Positions 1 to 10,400 of a DNA stretch of 64,000 nucleotides are shown here, one piece after another. The notes beneath the pieces were generated by a model. It did no database searches, was not told the DNA's origin, and saw only the letters and a list, made by a program, of their open reading frames with translations. The stretch is taken from IMG/VR virus record IMGVR_UViG_3300001533_001295, positions 20,773 to 84,772 of that record. One strand, given 5' to 3'. Within the stretch, counting starts at the first letter, position 1, and each line of letters opens with the position of its first letter. The DNA comes from a virus. The position numbers and the translations under genes are program-made.

Positions 1-79
1 GTGTTATGAGTCTGCCAAAATAAGGTGGCTACGTAGTAATGTTCGGCCGTCTTCAAACTCATTACCGGTGTTAAATTAA

Positions 80-457
80 ATGAGCAATTTATATATCGCT
101 GTTATACCTACAGAGAACTACAGTAAGCGCACCAACTTAGCTTTAGGTCTTCAGATTTTTGGTCTAGACGAGAAATTAATTAGCCAGTCTGTATCTACGC
201 TAGGCTCTAACCACTCTGAATTCGAGTTCTACGTACCTCGTGGCACTAAATTTAAGTTGTCGTTAGAAGAATCTATACCTGAACTTCCGTTTGGGCTTAA
301 TGCTGAGTGGACTAAGTTAATTAGATCTGGCGAGCAGTTTAGCGGAACAGAAGTCGGTCCTTTCGTAGATGTAGTGCTCTTCTCAACTGGAGACTTTGAA
401 AATGATTACGAATACGAAGAAGAAGCTGTAGTTGAGGAATCTTTTGACGCAAGATAA
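80..457 (+). CDS. hypothetical protein with acidic C-terminus
   Basis: ATG-started ORF in the + strand gene run; no motif recognised. Confidence 0.6.
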   Translation: MSNLYIAVIPTENYSKRTNLALGLQIFGLDEKLISQSVSTLGSNHSEFEFYVPRGTKFKLSLEESIPELPFGLNAEWTKLIRSGEQFSGTEVGPFVDVVLFSTGDFENDYEYEEEAVVEESFDAR

Positions 458-1160
458 TTTGCACGTTGGCTTAAAATTTAAAGATATATGCCACTACTGC
501 GATGGAAAAGGCGCGCATAGTTTTGGAACTTGTGGTCGCAGTAGGTGTAAGTTTTGTGGCGGTGTAGGTCGTCTTGTATGTCTTAAGTGTGAAGACGTTA
601 AATCACCTAATATACTTGCTTTAAGAAATAGAAGTATTTTTGTAAAATACTTAAATGCTACAATTAAAATTAATAACACTATCAATTTTGATAAATGCGC
701 TATTAACGTAAAAAAACTACTTAAACAAAGTAATTTTAATTTATGCTCAGCTTTCAACGAGTTTACCCTAACTCACGGAGACTGCGTATATATATTTAAG
801 CGTAAAAGAATGAGACAGTTTGTTGTTATTTTATTAAGAGAAACAAAACCGTTAAGACCTTTCGGAGGTCAAGAAACTATATTGTTAGAATTTAACAATA
901 AAAAAATTCATAACTTAGATAAAAGATTTTATGAAAATAGATTTAGGTTGTTATTAGAAGCCAAACTTAAAAACGATAAAGCAACGCTTTTACTAAATTC
1001 TCTAGATAAAAATTTAGTTCAAATATTAAACAGTTGTAGTAATTTTCGTGAAACTATGGGTTGCGATATAACCTATAAACCTACAGATTCTAAATACACG
1101 TATTATTTAAAGTATGAAAGACTCGACGTTTATAGCATAGTTAGGAGGCGCAATGATTGA
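432..1160 (+). CDS. protein with DnaJ-type CxxCxGxG zinc-finger repeats
   Basis: CHYCDGKG, CKFCGGVG, CLKC near the N-terminus; basic, AT-rich remainder. Confidence 0.55.
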   Translation: MRNLLTQDNLHVGLKFKDICHYCDGKGAHSFGTCGRSRCKFCGGVGRLVCLKCEDVKSPNILALRNRSIFVKYLNATIKINNTINFDKCAINVKKLLKQSNFNLCSAFNEFTLTHGDCVYIFKRKRMRQFVVILLRETKPLRPFGGQETILLEFNNKKIHNLDKRFYENRFRLLLEAKLKNDKATLLLNSLDKNLVQILNSCSNFRETMGCDITYKPTDSKYTYYLKYERLDVYSIVRRRND

Positions 1161-3345
1161 TGCTGCAGTGAATGAAGTAGTAAATCGACTTACCGGTTTC
1201 AGTAGCTATGAAATCGACATCGAAGAAGATATCAATGTCTTCTTAACTAAAAAATTAAATCAATATAACAATGCTGCACTTAAAGGTAGCAGATTAGAGA
1301 TTATAGCAAATTTAATACTGTACTTAAGCCAGCACACTAAAATAAGTATAGTTTATACATATTCTTATTCAGCTCGAAACTCCATTGAGTTGTCTTTTTA
1401 CTTAGATCACTTAGGTATAGATCTAAACGAGCTTTACAAAACCAACAGCGACGATGTAACGCTAAAAGCGGTTGGTTCTACGCTTAATATAAATTTTGAC
1501 AGTGTAATTTTAAATAAAAGATTTAAAAGCTTAGTAACCGCGATAGCCACTAAAAACGACATCTCTTGCGACAACTCTGAAAGCTTAGTGACGGTAAACA
1601 GCGGAGTAGACGCAGCGTTTTTCTGTGACGAGAGTGTAGATGATGTTAGTGATTTTTTTGAAGCTAATATTAAAGTAGCTGGGTTCTACTATTTTATAAG
1701 TGCTTCGGGTCCGATAGTAATTTGTAAAAAACCAAAAACAGCCATACCTGATCTTATCAGAGAAGCGCTGTATTTGTTTGAAGACAACTTGTACTTAAAT
1801 AAAGATAAGTTAAAAATAAATCATGTCTCTACAGTAAGAGACGTAAATAAGATAGTAAACTCGCTGCGTAAAATTAACGTATGCGCTAACGCTAGCGTAA
1901 AGCTAACACGCAGCTTAACTTTTTATAAGTTTGTTTTCGAGAAAGTTAGGTATTATCGAGGCAAACTCAAGTTAATTGACGTAAAGTCATACGACAGCGA
2001 TGAAATAACTGTTGAGACGATATATAACGCTGGGTTAATTAGGTGTGTTAAAAAACCTAGTTGTTCAGGTATCAAGAAAACCGCCAAAACTAGTATATTG
2101 AATGACAGTGAATTGCACACTGTTCTTGTCATGGATGCGGACTTTGATTTCGTATACGGCAGCTTACCTGATTTTATTAAGGTAAGGTCGTACGAACCAA
2201 CTAGCGTTAGCGTAAAAAATAAAAACTCTAACCTAGATGTTGTTGTTCTATACGGTAGCTCAAATGAGAACAACGATGTATTTACCGTTCTAGAAGAAGC
2301 CAAAATAAACGAAGTACTAGACAACCATAAATCTAGTACATTTTATTATATTAAATACAGCAGACTTACAAAACTAATAAATGATACGTACTCAGTAGAT
2401 ACGTACAAATGGTTTTTTCAAGCGTGCGTTAAATTAAAGCCCGAAAACATAAAAGTCATCGGCGTTACTGAAGCCGGTAAGAATTTATGTGAGTCGTTGA
2501 ATATACGTAATCTTGAAACGTACGTATCAGACGCTCTAAATAGTCTATCGAAGATAGACAAAGAAGTAGTTAGATTCATGAAAGAAAGCGGCAGACATTT
2601 TAAATCTACAGTAAAGTGTATGTCGCACAGCAAGTTTAGGTTATTTGAGCTATTTAAATTAGTTTCAAATAGTAAATATAAAAAGCTAGTTCAAGATTCT
2701 AGCGTGTTCTATTCTTTGCTTAGTAAATATAAAATATTAATAGCTAACACAGAACTTTACGCAACTGAAGACTCTGACTTTAATTTTGATTTAGCTTATT
2801 ACTCAGCTAAACCAGACGACTTTAACTTTTACGCGACGCTCAATACTAACATACTCGAGCTTTTAACTAACTTAGGTCCGCATAGTACTTTTAATTTAGA
2901 TAACTACAGCACAGCTGCCACGTTATGCTCAACCCTAGTGAAAGCTGATTTGGTAAACAACAGTACAGCACTAGTGGCAGTTGATAATGTTCTTAATAAT
3001 ATTGAACGTGATCCGAGTAAACTGCGTAAAGTCTCAGAGTTAGACTACTACTCTTTTAAATTTTTTAGGTTTGTGGTTGACGCTAACAATTTAGAAGCTA
3101 ATTTAGACGCAGCTGTAGAGTCGTTAGGTGAGAGCAACTTAAGAAAAATTAGCTTTAAGTTTATTAACCTACCACTTTATTTACTGTCTTTCCACGCGGA
3201 CAAGCTAAGTGATAACCACTTAGAAGCACTACTAAATAGCGCTAACAACTTAGACCTGCTATTTATCCACGGGCATACGCAGATGCCGGAAGCTATTGAG
3301 ATTTATGAACGTCGTCAGTTCGACACTGTTGTTGGAGGAATTTAA
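1153..3345 (+). CDS. large hypothetical protein (730 aa)
   Basis: Long ORF overlapping the upstream stop, AGGAGG RBS upstream; no motif recognised. Confidence 0.7.
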   Translation: MIDAAVNEVVNRLTGFSSYEIDIEEDINVFLTKKLNQYNNAALKGSRLEIIANLILYLSQHTKISIVYTYSYSARNSIELSFYLDHLGIDLNELYKTNSDDVTLKAVGSTLNINFDSVILNKRFKSLVTAIATKNDISCDNSESLVTVNSGVDAAFFCDESVDDVSDFFEANIKVAGFYYFISASGPIVICKKPKTAIPDLIREALYLFEDNLYLNKDKLKINHVSTVRDVNKIVNSLRKINVCANASVKLTRSLTFYKFVFEKVRYYRGKLKLIDVKSYDSDEITVETIYNAGLIRCVKKPSCSGIKKTAKTSILNDSELHTVLVMDADFDFVYGSLPDFIKVRSYEPTSVSVKNKNSNLDVVVLYGSSNENNDVFTVLEEAKINEVLDNHKSSTFYYIKYSRLTKLINDTYSVDTYKWFFQACVKLKPENIKVIGVTEAGKNLCESLNIRNLETYVSDALNSLSKIDKEVVRFMKESGRHFKSTVKCMSHSKFRLFELFKLVSNSKYKKLVQDSSVFYSLLSKYKILIANTELYATEDSDFNFDLAYYSAKPDDFNFYATLNTNILELLTNLGPHSTFNLDNYSTAATLCSTLVKADLVNNSTALVAVDNVLNNIERDPSKLRKVSELDYYSFKFFRFVVDANNLEANLDAAVESLGESNLRKISFKFINLPLYLLSFHADKLSDNHLEALLNSANNLDLLFIHGHTQMPEAIEIYERRQFDTVVGGI

Positions 3346-3879
3346 GTGAGTCTTAATCGCAAAGAGTTAGTCGCGGCTCTGGTCAAAAAGACCAAGGGTG
3401 TTATAACACCTAAGGAAATCGTAGAGCATTTCCGAGAAAAAGGTGTTGAGATTTCGGAGCAGTACGCGGCTGTTCTAAAAAGCAATGTTAAAAGGACCCT
3501 CGTAGCTGAGGGAGTTAGTATGAAAGAGACTAAAAGGCGCGGCCGGCCGCCTAAGGCCAAGGTACATGTAGAAGAGGCAACACCAGCCGGTCAGACCCAA
3601 CCGTCGCCGGTCGTAGTAAAGCGTCGGGGCCGGCCACCTAAGTCAACTGAGACTGTGAAGGCTGCAGTAGCTCAGACTAAAAAGCGGGATACGTATTCAG
3701 AGAAAGTATCAAAGATTGCTGCGAAGATGACAGCTATCGGCGAGGCGTGTGACACAGAGCAGAAGAACGCCGAACTGGTTGGTCGAATTTTCTTAGTTCG
3801 GTCCAAGTTGGTGGAGTCGTACGACCATCAGTCGGTCGACGCTGCGTGGAAACGTGTATCTGAGGAAAGCGTAAGCTAG
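3346..3879 (+). CDS. AT-hook DNA-binding (nucleoid/histone-like) protein
   Basis: Two RRGRPPK AT-hook motifs, N-terminal HTH-like segment, GGAGG RBS, downstream terminator. Confidence 0.7.
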   Translation: MSLNRKELVAALVKKTKGVITPKEIVEHFREKGVEISEQYAAVLKSNVKRTLVAEGVSMKETKRRGRPPKAKVHVEEATPAGQTQPSPVVVKRRGRPPKSTETVKAAVAQTKKRDTYSEKVSKIAAKMTAIGEACDTEQKNAELVGRIFLVRSKLVESYDHQSVDAAWKRVSEESVS

Positions 3880-3907
3880 ACAAACTAGCTTAAATTGGTT
3901 AGGAAAT

Positions 3908-3941
3908 AAGGCAGGGGTCATTTCGGCCCCTGCCTTTTCTT
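3908..3941 (+). terminator. Rho-independent terminator
   Basis: AAGGCAGGGGTC/GGCCCCTGCCTT stem followed by a T tract. Confidence 0.8.
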
Positions 3942-3959
3942 GTTTAAGGAAGGACTGTT

Positions 3960-4259
3960 ATGGATCCGCTGGCAGTGTCTAATAACGATTTTTCACATAT
4001 CTACGGTTGGGATAAACTATCAAAGGAGGCTAGGGATAAAGTAAAATACTTTCTAAGGGCTTTCTCCGTTAACTATCCTCCGGATGACGGGACGGTATTA
4101 TCCAACGAGATAGAACTTTCCTGGAGTGTTGAGACGCTCGATGTGTCGTTAGTCGTTGACTTAGATACTAAGAGAGCAAGACTATCTGTGTGGAACGCAG
4201 AGCTAGAGGATTCGTCGAAATTTTCTGACGGTATAAACATAGAATTTCAAGTAGACTAA
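3960..4259 (+). CDS. hypothetical protein
   Basis: ORF with AAGGA RBS. Confidence 0.6.
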   Translation: MDPLAVSNNDFSHIYGWDKLSKEARDKVKYFLRAFSVNYPPDDGTVLSNEIELSWSVETLDVSLVVDLDTKRARLSVWNAELEDSSKFSDGINIEFQVD

Positions 4260-4261
4260 AA

Positions 4262-5116
4262 ATGACTCAACCTCTGGAAAAAGCTATCGATTTCGTCTTC
4301 GAAATAGCTGAAGACTTAAAAAATAGAGAATTTGACGATTTTCCAGAGGCTATTAAAGTTGCTTCAAACATAGCCAGGGAGCTTAGATTAGAGGGCTACT
4401 ACACTCCTTTGGTAAAAACTTCCAGTAAAATTAAGTTTAAAGGCAATCCTAAAAGTGTAGGAAATTTTGCAGATTACCTAGGCAGATTATTAGGTTTATG
4501 GCAAGGAAATATACTAGGTATACCTAACAAGCCGGGACCTTTGGGCAGCCTCATGGTTTTAGCCCCGCTTGGGGCTGCCCTAGGTTACGGCGGCGCTAAC
4601 TTGGCCAATTTATTAACCGGTGGTAATGCTTTTACTCACCCAGTAAACGCTGCGATCATGGGAGGTTTAGCCGGCTCTGCGCCTGCAGGACTTTTAGCAG
4701 CTTATAATTATGCGGCTAAGCACCCAATGACAGATTCCGCCCTCAACTTCTCTATGACTAAGGAATCTAGTTTCTCTTATATACCTGTAGATAAATTTAA
4801 AGAAGTTGTCTACGGCGACCCCAACGTTGCCTCTAGTCTCTCAAGAAGAACCCAAGCAGCTGCTGTGGGTTTAGTTGAGTCAGCCAACCATTTACCTGGT
4901 AGGCGTTATAATGACTTTCCTATAGTTACTCCGAATGACATCGCTAGAGTAGCTGTCGGAATGGGGTCGGGTTATGCTTCAGGTTTACTTGTAGGAAAAG
5001 CCTTAGGTGGTTTGTTCGGTGTCTCAGACAACGCGCAACAAATATTAAGGCGGTCTGGAGCTGCAGCCGGTATAATTAGAAGTATGGTTCCGCTAGTATA
5101 TAATGGTGGGTTTTAA
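4262..5116 (+). CDS. glycine-zipper putative virion/ejection protein
   Basis: Several Gly/Ala-rich hydrophobic helices (LGAALGYGG, GMGSGYASGLLVG); no Cys. Confidence 0.55.
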   Translation: MTQPLEKAIDFVFEIAEDLKNREFDDFPEAIKVASNIARELRLEGYYTPLVKTSSKIKFKGNPKSVGNFADYLGRLLGLWQGNILGIPNKPGPLGSLMVLAPLGAALGYGGANLANLLTGGNAFTHPVNAAIMGGLAGSAPAGLLAAYNYAAKHPMTDSALNFSMTKESSFSYIPVDKFKEVVYGDPNVASSLSRRTQAAAVGLVESANHLPGRRYNDFPIVTPNDIARVAVGMGSGYASGLLVGKALGGLFGVSDNAQQILRRSGAAAGIIRSMVPLVYNGGF

Positions 5117-5529
5117 TGTCTCGACTAATTTTGCCTTTCGAAGCATCTAATAACGTAGCTAAGATTGGTACGCTCAGCGTATGGGCTAGGAACGGTATAA
5201 TTTGCTTAAGTCACGAGCTCCCTAATGGTAAGGAAGATTTTAAGCAATTATCTGTTGGTGCTGCTAAAGTAAGATATGGAGCTATGAACGATGAGCTAAA
5301 GCGGTTAAGGCAAGAAGCTCATCGACATCCTAAGCTGCGAGACCAGGTTCATATGCTTGAAAGGTTTTTAAGCGCTATGAACACGGTCATAGCTAAAGCC
5401 GAGGAGCAAGGTCCACCGGAAAACAGTGACGCTATTAAAGATCGCCTGCGACGACGTAAAACGCAGGTTAGCGTACCATTTACTAGAGCAGACCTAGAAG
5501 CTAAAGACGCTGAGCGAGGGCTAAAATAA
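5116..5529 (+). CDS. hypothetical protein
   Basis: TAATG stop/start coupling with both neighbours. Confidence 0.65.
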   Translation: MSRLILPFEASNNVAKIGTLSVWARNGIICLSHELPNGKEDFKQLSVGAAKVRYGAMNDELKRLRQEAHRHPKLRDQVHMLERFLSAMNTVIAKAEEQGPPENSDAIKDRLRRRKTQVSVPFTRADLEAKDAERGLK

Positions 5530-6116
5530 TGAGTAAAAATAATAAAGTTGAAGACGTCATTGAGCAGTTCATCAAAATAGGTCTAGACGTAAAGCAAATG
5601 GAGGCTTTGTCTGGTGAAATTGCTGATTTTCTAGAGGAAGCAGATAATCAAGGCGTGCTAGAAGATTTGTTAACTGACAGTATGTCGAAGTTAGCTGAGT
5701 GCTCTAACTTAAGTAAAACAGCTAACCCAGCTGCAGCTGCGGGAGCTGCTCCGGCGGTTGGTGGTTATTTAGGTTGGAAAACCATATTACCGGCAGCTTA
5801 CCTAGCTAGTCTAGGTTCTCGAACAGCTGACACTGCTATAGGCGCTGCTGGTGGATTAGCTAAATCAATAGCGTCCGCAGGTGGTAAGGCTTTACTACCT
5901 TTAGGAGCTCTGTCTTTAGCTGCTCCTTTTTTTATTGGTAGATTTGGTGGAGAATTATCTGCCGACGCTCTACACAATCATGACGCTGAAGCAGAAAGAA
6001 AGTACATACAGGACCAGGAAATACTAGCTGCTCTTAGAGAGGCTACTAGACAAGTTAAGCAGCGGTCAGGCTTACCTAGTAATTACAGCGTAGACACTGG
6101 CACTGACTTCAGTTAA
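5529..6116 (+). CDS. Gly/Ala-rich putative virion protein with K-x-A motif
   Basis: KTA-NP boundary followed by hydrophobic Gly/Ala helices. Confidence 0.55.
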   Translation: MSKNNKVEDVIEQFIKIGLDVKQMEALSGEIADFLEEADNQGVLEDLLTDSMSKLAECSNLSKTANPAAAAGAAPAVGGYLGWKTILPAAYLASLGSRTADTAIGAAGGLAKSIASAGGKALLPLGALSLAAPFFIGRFGGELSADALHNHDAEAERKYIQDQEILAALREATRQVKQRSGLPSNYSVDTGTDFS

Positions 6117-6151
6117 CTTAATCGGCGTCCTAATCTAAAGAGAGCGCCGAA

Positions 6152-6744
6152 ATGAATGAGTTTGATTACAGGTATTATAGTCAGCAAGGATTGCCGTTCT
6201 TAGCAGGATAGCTAGGCAGGCTTTTTTTGATCTAAGAAAACCTGAAGAACGCAAAAATGGCCATACCTTAGAGGAAATATTATCCTTAAATGCGTGTGGC
6301 GAGTATGAGATAGTAGCTTGGAAAGAGTATGAAATAGCCTCAGAAGTTACTGCTGCTCTACCAGCCGTCTTTGTTCATTTAGTGTGGTATGAAAAATTTG
6401 ACGTACTCGTATCACAGTACCCATCTTTTATAAAAAATAAATTTAAAAATGAAGACAGAACTACTCAACTCAATAAAGAAAAAGACAGCCAACACGGCGT
6501 CGTTCGAAAACGCAGTAAGTCAAATACAAAACCTAAGGTCTTCGGCAATGCCGGAGGAGAGGCAGAAGTTTCTGCTGAATCTATTATTAGCGACGGGGGC
6601 AGCGGGAGCGGGAATAGCCGGACTGTCGCATCTCCAGAGCTTGAACAAGAGACAGACTTCAGCCAAGAAGCCACACATATCCGAAGTTCGAGTAGAGTTA
6701 TTTGGTCAAGAAAAAGACAAAAGACAAAAGTCGAACCGGCGTAA
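6152..6744 (+). pseudogene. frameshifted hypothetical gene
   Basis: ATG 6152 (MNEFDYRYYSQQGLPF) stops at about 6211, while another frame is open without a start from 6181 (ARQAFFDLRKPEE...VHLVWYE) into the 6382 ORF; true 3' end uncertain. Confidence 0.4.
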
Positions 6745-7414
6745 AAGATTAGTTAACCCTAATCTTTTCAGCTATACCGACGCACCTGATTCGCCCAAGA
6801 TTAAATTATCGGCACTGACCGACTCAGCAAATAAGAAAACAGCCAGCGATTTTTTAAATTTTACAACTAACCCATCAGCCTACTTATCTGAGCTAGGCAG
6901 AAGTCTAACTTCTTCTGGCGGCAAAGGTTTAACCGACAGTTCTCTTTTCTTGCCGGCGGCACTACTGGCTGGTTCAGCTGGTTTAGGCGGAGGTTACTAC
7001 GCTACTAATAAGTTACTTAATAAACTTAGGGAAACCGCAAGAAATAAAGAACTAGCTAAAGCTGAGCTAGAGTTTGAAGCAGCTTTAGCTGAGTCGGCTA
7101 AAACAGCTAGTAATAAAAATTGTCTCTTTGATAACACGTCTAGGATAGTTAACGTTTTAGATAAGGTAGCAGACGGTGGTTTAGTGTCTCCAGGCGTCTC
7201 GCATGCTGCTAGGAACATAGTAGGTTTGTATTTAACTGCAGCGTTGGCTTTAGGTGGAGTTGGAGCTTATGGAAGCTACAAATCCAACAAGGCTAAATCT
7301 AAATCAAAAGCTATTGAGCGTGCTCAATTAGAGCGACTATCTCAAATGAGTCAAAGACAGTATCCAGCTATATACGCAGAGCCAGGTGTATCCGCAGATG
7401 ATTCAGAACAATGA
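6449..7414 (+). CDS. glycine-zipper putative virion protein with K-x-A motifs
   Basis: Three Gly-zipper helices, each preceded by KTA/KVA motifs; directly upstream of the RNAP gene. Confidence 0.6.
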   Translation: MKTELLNSIKKKTANTASFENAVSQIQNLRSSAMPEERQKFLLNLLLATGAAGAGIAGLSHLQSLNKRQTSAKKPHISEVRVELFGQEKDKRQKSNRRKRLVNPNLFSYTDAPDSPKIKLSALTDSANKKTASDFLNFTTNPSAYLSELGRSLTSSGGKGLTDSSLFLPAALLAGSAGLGGGYYATNKLLNKLRETARNKELAKAELEFEAALAESAKTASNKNCLFDNTSRIVNVLDKVADGGLVSPGVSHAARNIVGLYLTAALALGGVGAYGSYKSNKAKSKSKAIERAQLERLSQMSQRQYPAIYAEPGVSADDSEQ

Positions 7415-10400
7415 TAACGAAGACATCGCGCTTACTTTAAACCAACCTGCTAAGCCTTTAGTTAGTTATCGAGCTGTAGACGACGCAGAAGTTCTGCGTG
7501 AAAACGTATATCAAAAAGCGTTAAATGCGGCTAAGTCTATACAGCCGCTGCAGTACGGTAAGTTTCAGCTAGCTCTAACTGACGTAGACTATGAGGACTC
7601 TCCTCAACCTACCAAGAGAGATCAGACCACAGCTTTACTTGGGCGTAATAGTATAACTCGCCGGCTGAGAGGTACTTGGTCTCTGCAAGATACTCAGACC
7701 GGTGAGACGGTTGATCAGCGTAAGCAGATCATAGCTAACGTGCCGCACGTTTTACATGACGGAAGTATCGTCATGCGCGGTACTAGGTATGCCTCCGGTA
7801 TTCAACAGCGTCTTAGGCCTGGCGTTTATACTCGTGTACGTAAAAGCGGTGAGCTAGAAGCTCACGTTAACGCTAAGGTAGGTACAGGTCCCAGCCACAG
7901 GTACGTCTTGGAGCCTGAGACAGGTAGGTTTTTACTTAATATTGGTAACAGTAAGATACCTTTGTCTAATTTATTAGACGTACTAGGAGTAGATAGAAAA
8001 CGTGTCGAAGACGTCTGGGGCAAAGAACTCACCGCCGTAAACTACGGTAAGCAGGATCCTAAAGCCTTAAATAAACTGTACGACAAGTTTGTCCCTAATA
8101 GGCTTAGAAACAAAGACGACCTCAGTAACTCTGAGGCTATGCGTCAGAAAATTTCTGATGTATTTAATAACATCGGCTTAGATCAAGGTGTATTGAGCCA
8201 GACTGTTAATTTACCTACAGAGCATCTAAGCCCTGAGGTAATTCTAGCTGCGACGAGTAAGATACTTGAGATATCTAAGCAGCAAGAAGATAAGGACGAC
8301 CGAGATCATCCAGGCTTCGCAACATTCCACGATCTATCTGATCTGATCGCTGAAAGAATTAGCAACGATCACGGCGGCGTCAGACGCCAGTTGATGTACA
8401 AGATAGCTCAAAAAGGCAACTTAGCTAATCTTCCGTCAGGTTATCTAGACAAGCAAATAAATAGCGTAATATTCGGTTCAGGTCTTGCTGCAGCTGTAGA
8501 AGAAACCAACCCGGCCGACATACTAGATAGAATAACTAAAGTAACTAGGTACGGTGAGGGTGGTTTACCCTCTACGCAATCAACTCCGTCTGAAGCTAGA
8601 AATGTAAATCTAGGTCAGTTCGGCTTCATAGATCCTGTGCGAACGGCTGAGTCGCTTAGAGTTGGTGTAGACGTTAACGTAGCAAATCCTACGTTCATAG
8701 GTAGCGATAATAAGCTCTACGCTAATTTTATAAACCTAGGAAACGGTCAAACAGAGTTACACTCGCCTGACGAGTTATTTAACTCTTCTTTAGTTATAGG
8801 TCCAAGCTCTATAGAAGGTTGGGACTCGGCTGTAGTAGGCGGCAAATTACAACTTGTAAGGCAGGGGGAAGGTGATTTTAAGTTACCGTCCTATGACAAC
8901 GCCTTTAATATATTAAGCCAAATACTTCCTATGAAGTCGGCGTCGTTCGCTCAGCGTCTATCTATGGGCGCTAGAATGTCCCAGCAGGCTTTACCTGTGG
9001 AAGGAGCTGAAGCTCCTTTAGTGCAAGCAGCTGTGCCAGGAACAGGTGGCGCGGAGAGTTATGAGTCTAGGATAGGTACCAAGCTGGGAGCAATCAGGGC
9101 TAAAGATAGAGGCCGGGTTCTAGCTGTAACTGATGACTATATTGAGGTCGCTTACCCAAACGGCAGTGTAGTAAAAGAAGATTTAGACTACTACAGACCT
9201 ACCGCTCGTAAGTCGTTCATACACAACACGCCGCTAGTTCAACCGGGCGATATTGTTGAGCCAGGCCAGATTTTAGCTAAGAGTAATTTTACAGACGACC
9301 AAGGCTCTTTGGCTTTTGGTAAGAACGTTAGAACAGCTCTTATACCTTGGGGTGAAAACTGGGAAGACGCTATCATCTTTAGCCAGCGCATGGCTAACAG
9401 TATGAGGTTAAACCAAGCTTATAAAAGCCATTTTGAAATAACAGATAAAGACGAGGTAGGTAAAAAGCCGTTCGTATCTGTTTTTGCTTCAAAGTACAAC
9501 AAAGACATTTTAGACACGCTTGACGATAATGGCGTAGTCAAGCCGGGCACGGTAGTTAAAAAAGGCGATCCGCTTATTTTAGCTATACGTGAGACAGACA
9601 TGACTGGCAACCGAGTACATAAAAAGCAAGCTAAGTCTTACTCAGATGCTAGTGTTACTTGGGACCACAACCATGAGGGCTTGGTAACACATATAGCTGA
9701 CTCAGGCAAAGGCTTCAGCGTTATGGTGACTACCAGTAAGCCACTTGAAGAAGCAGACAAGATTGCAGGCTTATACGGTAATAAAGGTACGGTTAGAATT
9801 CTGCCTGATGCTCAGATGCCTGTGGCTGAGGATGGTGAAATTATAGACGCGCTCATATCTCCTTTGGCGGTTATATCTAGAGGTAACTCGTCTTTCCCTT
9901 TAACGATGCTACTAGGTAAAGTCGCAGCCAAGACTGGTAAGTCTTATAAAATTGAAGACTTTACCGGCCAAGACTTCACTCAACTGGTCAAAGAAGAGTT
10001 AGGTAAAAATAAGCTTAACGCTACAGAGACGGTAACCGACCCTAACACAGGCAGGCAGATACCTGGTGTTCTTGTTGGTAATTCTTATTTAATGGCCTTA
10101 CATCACTCAGCTGAGGCTAAGTCGTCAGCTAGAAGTATTGGCTCTTACTCGGCTTCCGGAGAACCAGCTAGAGGCACTAAAGGTCAGGCTAAGCGAGTAT
10201 CGGGCCAGGAACTAGCTGCACATATGGCTCAAGGAGCTTATAAGTACAGCAGAGAATCTTCGTTGCTTAGAGGAAGACGTAACGATGACTTCTGGTCGGC
10301 TTATATGGGTGGTCACAATATAGAATTGCCTCAAGTTAATGAAGTATATGAGGGATTTTTAGACCGACTTAAAGGTATAGGTATAAACCCGGTAAAGTCA

